Below, piece by piece: positions 7,493 to 14,668 of a stretch of 26,836 bases of DNA (its first letter is position 1; every line of letters starts with the position of its first letter). The position numbers and the translations under genes are program-made. Under the pieces are notes generated by a model that searched no databases, was not told where the DNA came from, and worked only from the letters and a program-made list of their open reading frames with translations. The DNA comes from a virus. Lineage: Duplodnaviria; Caudoviricetes. The stretch covers positions 1 to 26,836 of IMG/VR virus record IMGVR_UViG_3300012682_000014, one strand, 5' to 3'.

Positions 7493-7932
7493 TAGTCCTC
7501 GGTGACGCTGGTGGCCGCCTTCAGGCGGGGGGTGACACCTACCGCAACGGTGATGTTCGGGGTGACCGTCCCCTTGTAGAGCACCACGGCGCCGCCGGCC
7601 AGGGCCTTCGAGATGGCAAAGTGGGTGACAGTGCCACCGACCCCGGCGGTCATCTCGGGGAAGTCGACGTTCACCGTGAGCGTCACCGCGTTACCGGCGA
7701 CCGTGAACCCCGCACTGGACCGGGCCACCGCCTGACGGGCGTAGCCGGTGTAGGCGATCTCGCTTGTCGACGCGGTGCCGGCCTCGCCCGGGTCGGCGGT
7801 GTGCAGCGAGAGGAACAGGCTGCCGGCGGTGGTGCTTCCTCGCAGCCCGGTCGCGTCGCCGATGTCGGCGATGTTGGCGTTGTTGAACAGGTGCAGGAGG
7901 AGTTCGTTCTCGAACGTGTTGCTCTTACTCAT
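7492..7932 (-). CDS. Conserved phage tail-associated protein (146 aa)
   Basis: Motifs SLHTADPGEAG, EIAYTGYARQAV, FPEMT, GTVTHF typical of a widespread phage tail protein family. Confidence 0.8.
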   Translation of the reverse strand: MSKSNTFENELLLHLFNNANIADIGDATGLRGSTTAGSLFLSLHTADPGEAGTASTSEIAYTGYARQAVARSSAGFTVAGNAVTLTVNVDFPEMTAGVGGTVTHFAISKALAGGAVVLYKGTVTPNITVAVGVTPRLKAATSVTED

Positions 7933-8648
7933 GGGGTGAACTCCTTCAGGTAGACCGTGCCCGACACGGAGTTGGCTTCGCTCAGGTTGAGCTTCAGTGC
8001 GCCGTTCGCAGCGCCTTCACGGATCTCCCAATCACCGATGGCGTGACCCCTGGTGACCTCCACCGACCCAAGGAGGACCTTGATGAGCGGGGTAGTGGCC
8101 TGGTCGGAGTCAGCGAGAGCGGACACCGAGAACAGCCGGACGGCCTTCCCAGCAGCAGGCGTGTAGATGGTGGTGTCGCCGGCGGCGGTCACAGTGAACG
8201 GCACCGCCGTCTTGCCGCCACCGAAGCGGTTGTCGAGGGCGGCGGCGATGGTGGTGAGCGTGTCGGCGGACACGGGCAGGGCGGTGGCTCGTAGCTGGGT
8301 GTCGGTCAGCGGGCCCGACACCGGCTGGGTGGCCGGCAGGTTGGAGACGGCGACCGTCCCGGTGACGGCCGCCGTGATCGACTCGAGCGCCGCCAGGGTG
8401 GCAGCGTCCAAAGCGACAGCCTGACCGGGCTCCAACTTCTGGCCGAGCTCGGTGAGGAGGGCGGCCAGCTGACCGTTGACGTCGAGCGCTACCGGCAGGC
8501 CGGCGCCGACAACAACAAGGGTGCCGTCAGGGTGGGCGAGACTGTCGACCTCCTGGTGGGTGCCGGCCGGTTGGGCGGTCCCTCCCGTCAGTGTCCGCAG
8601 CTGCTTGCCTGCCCCGTCTAAAGGCAGACCGATGCTGCCCTCGGCCAT
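7929..8648 (-). CDS. Putative virion fibre/structural protein (239 aa)
   Basis: TQPVSGPLTDTQLRAT-type shaft motif and C-terminal beta domain; overlaps with both neighbours. Confidence 0.7.
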   Translation of the reverse strand: MAEGSIGLPLDGAGKQLRTLTGGTAQPAGTHQEVDSLAHPDGTLVVVGAGLPVALDVNGQLAALLTELGQKLEPGQAVALDAATLAALESITAAVTGTVAVSNLPATQPVSGPLTDTQLRATALPVSADTLTTIAAALDNRFGGGKTAVPFTVTAAGDTTIYTPAAGKAVRLFSVSALADSDQATTPLIKVLLGSVEVTRGHAIGDWEIREGAANGALKLNLSEANSVSGTVYLKEFTP

Positions 8649-8827
8649 CAGTCGGCCGGTAGCGGCTCGTTGCGCAACCCGAACACGCCGCCTGTCACGA
8701 TCACGACAGAGGCGGTCACGCCGATACTCTCGACGAGAGTGAGCCCGTCGACAGCGGCGACAGCCAAAACGGTGAGGGCGGTGCTGACAGCGGCGAAAAT
8801 CGCCTTCATGTACGGGCTGACGTTCAC
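8648..8827 (-). CDS. Holin-like two-TM protein (59 aa)
   Basis: Not in ORF track. MNVSPYMKAIFAAVSTALTVLAVAAVDGLTLVESIGVTASVVIVTGGVFGLRNEPLPAD; GGAGG RBS; TGATG overlap with next gene. Confidence 0.7.
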   Translation of the reverse strand: MNVSPYMKAIFAAVSTALTVLAVAAVDGLTLVESIGVTASVVIVTGGVFGLRNEPLPAD

Positions 8828-8829
8828 GG

Positions 8830-8901
8830 TCAGCGCCTCCCGATCAGCACAACGATCGCCACAACGGCGAGGATGACAAGCAGCAGATACAACGGGTCCA
8901 T
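8830..8901 (-). CDS. Single-TM micropeptide (23 aa)
   Basis: MDPLYLLLVILAVVAIVVLIGRR; ATG in TGATG overlap, preceded by AAGGAG. Confidence 0.6.
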   Translation of the reverse strand: MDPLYLLLVILAVVAIVVLIGRR

Positions 8902-9416
8902 CAGGACTCCTTCGGGGGTAGAGGGGTCATCATCCGGCCCACACACGCCTTCACGTCCGGGGCACGGTCAACCACACACTGGCCTGTAGCAACCGAAGCG
9001 TCACGGGCCCGGGCGACAGCCTCAGCGGTCCGCCGCAACCGGTCGTCGTAACACTCGTGGACACCGTCACCCGGCGACTCCTTCGGCGACTCGCCCGCCG
9101 GATGCCCCGGCACCGAACACTCCAACTGGTAGCCGGTCTGCTCTGCGATGAGCCGCAACTCCTGCCGGTTCAGCGCCTCCAACCGTAGGAACGCTGCGCC
9201 TTGCAGCAGGACGAGGACGGCAACAAGTGCGGCGGCGACGATCAGCGCCCCACGGCGACGGTGCGCCCGTGCAACGTTCGTTTCCAACGCCCCGATCTGG
9301 CAGGCCAACCCTTTACCGGTCGCCGCAGCATCCTCAATGCCGGCGACAAGCGCGGCCATAAGATCCGACGGCTCCTCAGTTTCCACAGGTCTCGTCTCGG
9401 GCGGCTGGTCAGTCAC
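8901..9416 (-). CDS. Single-TM protein with Cys-containing C-terminal domain (lysis region)
   Basis: RRRG followed by hydrophobic ALIVAAALVAVLVLL; four Cys in C-terminal part. Confidence 0.7.
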   Translation of the reverse strand: MTDQPPETRPVETEEPSDLMAALVAGIEDAAATGKGLACQIGALETNVARAHRRRGALIVAAALVAVLVLLQGAAFLRLEALNRQELRLIAEQTGYQLECSVPGHPAGESPKESPGDGVHECYDDRLRRTAEAVARARDASVATGQCVVDRAPDVKACVGRMMTPLPPKES

Positions 9417-9573
9417 GGCGGGTCTCCTTCAACACGTCCAACCGGTCCTCGATCTCCTTCGACCGGAGCCGCAGCTCCGCAGCGAAGTGGTAGGCGTTAC
9501 GGACGATCGGGTCCAAGTCGTTCTGCGGGTCAACCTTCGTTTTCCGGCGGAGGATCAGGTCGAGGACTCTCAC
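9409..9573 (-). CDS. Small helical protein (54 aa), lysis region
   Basis: GTG at 9573 overlaps upstream stop; MRVLDLILRRKTKVDPQ...; ORF-track start at 9906 is less likely. Confidence 0.6.
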   Translation of the reverse strand: MRVLDLILRRKTKVDPQNDLDPIVRNAYHFAAELRLRSKEIEDRLDVLKETRRD

Positions 9574-9896
9574 GGCCCCTCCCTGCGAGCCGCCCGTTCC
9601 TGCTCCGCCAAATAGTCGAGCATCCGTCCCTGCACCACGTTCGCCGCGGCCAACGCCGGTGCAGCCTCCCTCAACGCTGTTTCGTTCACCTGCGCCCGTG
9701 CTTCCGCCCGACGTAACGCCGAACCGGGAACCACCCACTCCTTCGCGAAGCTGACAGTCACGATCCCCGCCACCCCGAAACTCACCCATGTCACAGGCGA
9801 CGACGGGTCCAGGGGTGACGGGTCCGCTCCAAGCAGCCGCCCGGTGAGTGCTGCCGTCCAGCCGAGGAGAACACCACCGATGAGGCGGAGCAGCAT
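9570..9896 (-). CDS. Membrane protein with coiled-coil tail (lysis accessory/holin candidate)
   Basis: GGAGG RBS; hydrophobic segments then WVVPG and a helical tail, as in actinophage lysis-cassette membrane proteins. Confidence 0.7.
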   Translation of the reverse strand: MLLRLIGGVLLGWTAALTGRLLGADPSPLDPSSPVTWVSFGVAGIVTVSFAKEWVVPGSALRRAEARAQVNETALREAAPALAAANVVQGRMLDYLAEQERAARREGP

Positions 9897-9922
9897 CAGC
9901 GGTCACCTCCGATCCTCATGTG

Positions 9923-10270
9923 TCACCGGCGGAGCCACAGCTTCCGGCTACACCCCGGCCACGGCTTCCAGCCCCGGCGGGAGTGCAAAACGGTGGCCCG
10001 TGCGATCTGCTCCCCCTTCGACGCGTCCGCCGCCACACCGGCCCCGCCCACCGACCGCCACGTTGACCGGTCGAACTGAAGTCCGCCGGAGTAGGTGCGC
10101 CCCCGGATGTGCCAGTTGCCGCCCGACTCGCACCGGGCGAGACGGTCCCAGACGGCGGCGGAAGGTGCCACCTGGGACCGGCCGCTGTGCGCCTCCGCTG
10201 TCCCCGGGGTGAACGTCAAACCGGCAACCAGAACGGCGGCGAACAGCAGCACCACCGGGCGGCGCCTCAT
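9923..10270 (-). CDS. rpf: Secreted resuscitation-promoting factor (Rpf) transglycosylase (115 aa)
   Basis: Signal peptide MRRRPVVLLFAAVLVAGLTFTPGTAEA; Rpf motifs WDRLARCESGGNW, GGLQF, TW, EQI, WPGC; ATGA overlap with endolysin. Confidence 0.9.
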   Translation of the reverse strand: MRRRPVVLLFAAVLVAGLTFTPGTAEAHSGRSQVAPSAAVWDRLARCESGGNWHIRGRTYSGGLQFDRSTWRSVGGAGVAADASKGEQIARATVLHSRRGWKPWPGCSRKLWLRR

Positions 10271-11052
10271 GCTGCGGGCGGCAGGTCGGTGCCCGGCTCG
10301 ATCGGGATGCGGACCACATCGTTGTGCTTCCACCGTCCCGGTGCGGATGCGTCAAGCCCGTAGTAGTTGGCGACACCCTGCAAGTGGTTACCGTCCTGCA
10401 CCCACCGGCGGGTGAACGCGTTGGTCAGCCAGATGGCACCGGTCGTGTCGTCCTCGTCGACGACAAGACTCCACTGGCGGCGGGCCTCCAACCGGGCGAC
10501 AGCATCAGCTAGAGCGCTGCCTCTCGCCTCGATACGGTTCAACTGGTCGATCACCTTCGGGTCTGCCATGTCGTCTTCCTCCTGTGGGGGTGGGGGCGTG
10601 GTCGAGCGGATGCCAGTGCGGAGATCGGCCGGCGTGCACCTCAACTCAAAGTGCATCGCGTCCTTGTTGCCGGAGTAGTAGCCACCCCAGCCCCACACCT
10701 GGACGCCGTTGCCGGTGCGGAGCGCACAGATCTCGTCGACCATGCCCCGAGGCATGTCGGTGATCAGCTTCGGGCCGTACGGGTTGCGCTGCCAGTTGAT
10801 GTCGACCGCGAGAGCCATGCTGATCCGCACCCCGGACCAGAACGTGAACATGCCACCGTCGAGGTAGGCGTGGAGGCTGTAGCTGGTCCCGCCGGTGATC
10901 GGCCGGCAGTTGTAGGACCCGGTGTGCCCGGGCTCGGGCCGGTAGTTCCACTTGGTCAGCACGTAGTCGAGCGCCCGGTAGGCGCCGCCCATCGTGCCCG
11001 GGTGCGCCTTGCATGCGGCAGCCCACGCGATCCGCTGTGACGCGGTGCTCAC
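10267..11052 (-). CDS. Endolysin, M15-family Zn peptidase
   Basis: GSYNCR, SLHAY...AVDIN, WGG, DAMHFE; Pro-rich linker and C-terminal domain; GTG 11052 overlaps upstream stop. Confidence 0.88.
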   Translation of the reverse strand: MSTASQRIAWAAACKAHPGTMGGAYRALDYVLTKWNYRPEPGHTGSYNCRPITGGTSYSLHAYLDGGMFTFWSGVRISMALAVDINWQRNPYGPKLITDMPRGMVDEICALRTGNGVQVWGWGGYYSGNKDAMHFELRCTPADLRTGIRSTTPPPPQEEDDMADPKVIDQLNRIEARGSALADAVARLEARRQWSLVVDEDDTTGAIWLTNAFTRRWVQDGNHLQGVANYYGLDASAPGRWKHNDVVRIPIEPGTDLPPAA

Positions 11053-11234
11053 AGCCCCACCCGACCGGCCCACAGGTCATCGTGGTCAGCCGGGTCTATC
11101 TCGGTCGGGTCCTCGTCTTGCGCCTCGAGGCCGGCGGCGACGGCCTCACCCACCTCGGCGAGGAAGTCAGGCTGAAAGGCGGCGGCGTCGGCCTTGCCGT
11201 CCGGGTCTTGGGGCGCGTGGGGGTCCGTGCTCAT
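11049..11234 (-). CDS. Small acidic protein (61 aa)
   Basis: AGGAGG RBS; MSTDPHAPQDPDGKADAAAFQPDF...; coupled to endolysin start. Confidence 0.7.
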   Translation of the reverse strand: MSTDPHAPQDPDGKADAAAFQPDFLAEVGEAVAAGLEAQDEDPTEIDPADHDDLWAGRVGL

Positions 11235-11262
11235 GATGCCTCCTGTGGTCGTAGGGCTGAGG

Positions 11263-12186
11263 TCAGCTGATACGGATACGACCAACCGACCAGCCGGCTG
11301 CGATAGCGGCCGGAGTGTAGGCAAACAGCGTGCTTTCGTAGGGGCTGCCAAACCCCGTAGCTCTCCCACCGGCAATGTAGAGTTTGCCGCCAACTGCGCC
11401 ACCCGCCGGCAGTTCCCTAGTCGCTGGCATCGACGCTTTTGTGTCCCAGGCGTCGGCTGCTTGATTATACTCCAGCAACGTGCTTTCGTAAACAGCATCC
11501 TTACCGCCAGCAACATACAACTTCCCGCCTACAACCCCGCCTCCAGCAGCGTATCTGTTCAGGCCGAACGCCGTTCGGGTCGCCCAGGTATTGGATGCCG
11601 GGTTGTACTCCAGCACGGTATCGGTATAAGGGCCAGCGGTCCCGCTCTCACTTCCCCCTAGGACGTACAGTTTGCCGGCGACGGCACCGCCGACTGGCGC
11701 AAACCTTGCCGCCGGCATGGACGCCTTAGTCGCCCATGTGTCAGTGGAAAGATTATACTCGTACAGCGTGTTTGTGGCCGCAATGAAACTGCCAGTACCG
11801 CCAGCCACGTACAGTTTGCCATTTATGGCGCCACAGGCGCCGTTCGCCCGTGCGGCCGGCATGGCTGCCAGGGTCGTCCACGTATTCGTTACCGGGTCAT
11901 AGGCGTACAAGCTGCTGAGCGCCGTGCCCCTATCGTAGCCACCGGCGACGTACAGTTTGCCGTTGATAACGTCCGTTCCGGCGCTGTTCAGGCTAGCCGG
12001 TATGTCCGCCCGAGTTGCCCACGTATCCGTGGCTGGGTCGTATTCTATTGTTGGGAAAACGTTGATTCCACCGGCGCCGTTACCGTAGCCACCGGCGACG
12101 TACAGTTTGCCGTTGATGCCCCCACATGACGGGGCTGCCCCCCGTGGGCCAGGCATAGGCGCCAGCGTCACCCATGTGTCAGCCAC
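11263..12186 (-). CDS. Six-bladed Kelch beta-propeller protein
   Basis: Six GKLY(V/I)(A/L)GG...Y(D/N)P..W-type repeats; exact 34-bp duplication at 11934-11967 and 12084-12117. Confidence 0.92.
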   Translation of the reverse strand: MADTWVTLAPMPGPRGAAPSCGGINGKLYVAGGYGNGAGGINVFPTIEYDPATDTWATRADIPASLNSAGTDVINGKLYVAGGYDRGTALSSLYAYDPVTNTWTTLAAMPAARANGACGAINGKLYVAGGTGSFIAATNTLYEYNLSTDTWATKASMPAARFAPVGGAVAGKLYVLGGSESGTAGPYTDTVLEYNPASNTWATRTAFGLNRYAAGGGVVGGKLYVAGGKDAVYESTLLEYNQAADAWDTKASMPATRELPAGGAVGGKLYIAGGRATGFGSPYESTLFAYTPAAIAAGWSVGRIRIS

Positions 12187-12204
12187 CGATGATCGTCGTC
12201 CATG

Positions 12205-12714
12205 TCATCCCCGCATCGCCAAAGCCACGCTGAGACCCACGGCGCCAGTACCGGCCGTCACCAGTTGCACCGTCATCAGATCGTCCTTGACGGTCCGAAC
12301 CCCCGTGTCCAGCCGGGCCGGATGGACAACACCGGATGCGAGAGTGATGTCCGAACCGGCCTGGACCCCGTTACGGAACACCCGGACCGTTGACGTTGAC
12401 GAGCCGGCAGTCGTCAAGTCTGCGTCAACGAAGAGCAGCCCACCAGTCCAAACCCGGTACTTCGGTGACGTCGCAACCACCAGGGCGCCTGCCTGGTCGA
12501 AGACGATCCGCTCGAGATGGTCGACCGGGTCCCACCTGCCCGTCGCCACGTTGTAAACGGGCACCTGGCCGGCGGCCACTTTCGTCAGGTTCGCGTCCCG
12601 CAAATCGCGCATGTTCGGCTGCACGAGAGTACGAACCCGTTGCACATCAGCGATCGCAGACTCGACACGGCGGGTCCGTTCGGCGAGGTCCCGCTCAACG
12701 TTGCTCGCCGTCAC
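12205..12714 (-). CDS. Minor tail protein
   Basis: N-terminal coiled coil, GQVPVYN..TGRW fibre-like motif; follows the minor tail gene with a 4-bp overlap. Confidence 0.7.
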   Translation of the reverse strand: MTASNVERDLAERTRRVESAIADVQRVRTLVQPNMRDLRDANLTKVAAGQVPVYNVATGRWDPVDHLERIVFDQAGALVVATSPKYRVWTGGLLFVDADLTTAGSSTSTVRVFRNGVQAGSDITLASGVVHPARLDTGVRTVKDDLMTVQLVTAGTGAVGLSVALAMRG

Positions 12715-14222
12715 GGAATGTTCACCCCGAGCGTCACCGTCTCCGTCGCCGGGTTCAACGTCATCCGCACGATCCTCCGTGTGGTCGTGTCCTGCACCGC
12801 ACCCCAGTTGATAGCCACCGGGATCGTGTCGCCCACCTCCACAACGCCCATCACGTCGGCGGCTGGCACCACAAAGTCGGGGATAGCGACGGCAGTCGAG
12901 AGGCGGGCAACGTCAGCGGATGCGTAGTCGTCGAACCCGTCGAGGGTGATCTCCAACGGGATGTCGTCGATGTCTTGGAGGATGAGCCCGCCGAGCGGTG
13001 CCGTGTTCGTCGCCACGCCCAGCTCCCTGCTTGATCCTTCCCCCGGCCCTCGGCGGATCACCTGGGTAGCCGTCTGCTGCCCGTCCAAACTGTGCTGGAA
13101 CGTTGCCACTGACACACCGGGAACGGTCGGCGTGTACGCCTTCAGGCTGCCTTTACGGGGGGCGTACGTGGTAAACGTCCTCACCGTCGCATTAAACCGG
13201 ATCTCGTAGTCGGCAATGCCACGGTCCGGGTACGTCTTCAACGTCTCAAACACGTTAGGCAGGTCAGCGAAAGCGAAGCCGGTGTAAACGACTGTCCCTG
13301 ATGCCGGCGTGGACGTGCCAATGTTCAGATTGAACTTGCCAGTCCCGTTCTGCGCGTAGTCGACGATCCTCCGCATCATCTCCGTGTGGTCCGAACCATA
13401 AGGGAGGTCGGCGTTCAACGCTTCCGGTATAGTGACCGAACAGGCACCCCACTGGACGGCCCCGTGCGGGCAGTAGAGCCGGACTGTGACCAGCTCGTTA
13501 GTGACACCGGCGTTAGCAGCCCCGTTCACCTGCACCCGCTGAGGGCGGCCGTTCTCAGCGTTCATAGTGATCGGCTCCCACATGCCGTCGGCGCCTCCCC
13601 GCCCGTTCGTCACCTGAATGTAAGCGCCCCGCTGCTGGAACGCCGTGTCCTCGTAAGGGACTGACGGGTCGATCCAGTACCAGGCGGCCAACGTGAGACC
13701 CAACGGTGACAACGCCCCGGTCGTTACCGTGAACGTCTGCTGCAAATAGTTGTCGCCCGATGAGGTCGCCACAAGACGGGCCGTTCCCGGCCCCCTGATC
13801 CGCAGGTTCGTCGCCCTAGTCGCCGTGCACCCGACGGCAGTCCACCCGGACAGGTCTGTGGCAAACCTCGGGTTCGTCAGCTTCTCGATCGAGACCGGCC
13901 CGAAGTAGAGGCGGGTGAAGTACCAGAGCAGACCGGGGCATGTCCACACGACCGACTGCCCCGCCAGTGTGCGTTGCAACGCGACACCCCAGTGGATTAT
14001 CACCCCGTCCCGCCACACTTGCAGTTCGGTGGTGAGCGCCACGATCGAAGTGGCAGCCGGGTGGAACAGTGGGACCCGAACCCGGAAACTGCCCGGCTCG
14101 TTCAGCTCCCACGTGATGTCCTCAACCGTTGCCTTCTGACGCAGGTCGCCGTCACCCTGATCGGCGTTGAACGTGGCGAGCACCACACCGGAACGGTTGA
14201 CAACCTTCACGTCGTAGCCCAT
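12711..14222 (-). CDS. Minor tail/baseplate hub protein with probable inserted carbohydrate-binding domain
   Basis: Position after Dit; ELNEPGSF, ELQVWRDG..IHWG, VEVGDTI motifs; internal LTNPRFATDLSGW jelly-roll-like start. Confidence 0.75.
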   Translation of the reverse strand: MGYDVKVVNRSGVVLATFNADQGDGDLRQKATVEDITWELNEPGSFRVRVPLFHPAATSIVALTTELQVWRDGVIIHWGVALQRTLAGQSVVWTCPGLLWYFTRLYFGPVSIEKLTNPRFATDLSGWTAVGCTATRATNLRIRGPGTARLVATSSGDNYLQQTFTVTTGALSPLGLTLAAWYWIDPSVPYEDTAFQQRGAYIQVTNGRGGADGMWEPITMNAENGRPQRVQVNGAANAGVTNELVTVRLYCPHGAVQWGACSVTIPEALNADLPYGSDHTEMMRRIVDYAQNGTGKFNLNIGTSTPASGTVVYTGFAFADLPNVFETLKTYPDRGIADYEIRFNATVRTFTTYAPRKGSLKAYTPTVPGVSVATFQHSLDGQQTATQVIRRGPGEGSSRELGVATNTAPLGGLILQDIDDIPLEITLDGFDDYASADVARLSTAVAIPDFVVPAADVMGVVEVGDTIPVAINWGAVQDTTTRRIVRMTLNPATETVTLGVNIP

Positions 14223-14668
14223 TACGGCACGACCGTGATCGTCGGGTCGCCGCAGGCGAACGTGGCGAGCGCCCGGACCACACCGACGTTCAGGTAGGTC
14301 ATGTCATCCACCAGCCCACGGGGGCGACCGTTCACAAAAATGTGGCCGATCCCGCCTGGGAGCTGCAAGTGCAACGGCAGGTCCGTCTCTGACGGCGCCC
14401 ACAAGACACACAAGGTGCGGAACAAAGAGCCGACCGTGGCCCTGGATGCTCGTATCACATACGGAACGGTCATGATTCGGACGCCGCTGTAGTCACGGCC
14501 GAAGTAGGCGCCGGCGGCATGACCAAGGTCAGTGTCGCCCGTCTTGGCCTGCGGGACACCCAGCCCGCCGACACCCTCGAACGCCAACGGCCACAAGGTG
14601 CCCCGCCCGGTGAGGCTGCCACGAATCTCCACCTGGTTGTCGGCGGTCAGCTGGTCGCCGGCCGGCAT
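14222..14668 (-). CDS. Distal tail protein (Dit-like)
   Basis: Directly after TMP; C-terminal ATFACGDP motif. Confidence 0.75.
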   Translation of the reverse strand: MPAGDQLTADNQVEIRGSLTGRGTLWPLAFEGVGGLGVPQAKTGDTDLGHAAGAYFGRDYSGVRIMTVPYVIRASRATVGSLFRTLCVLWAPSETDLPLHLQLPGGIGHIFVNGRPRGLVDDMTYLNVGVVRALATFACGDPTITVVP

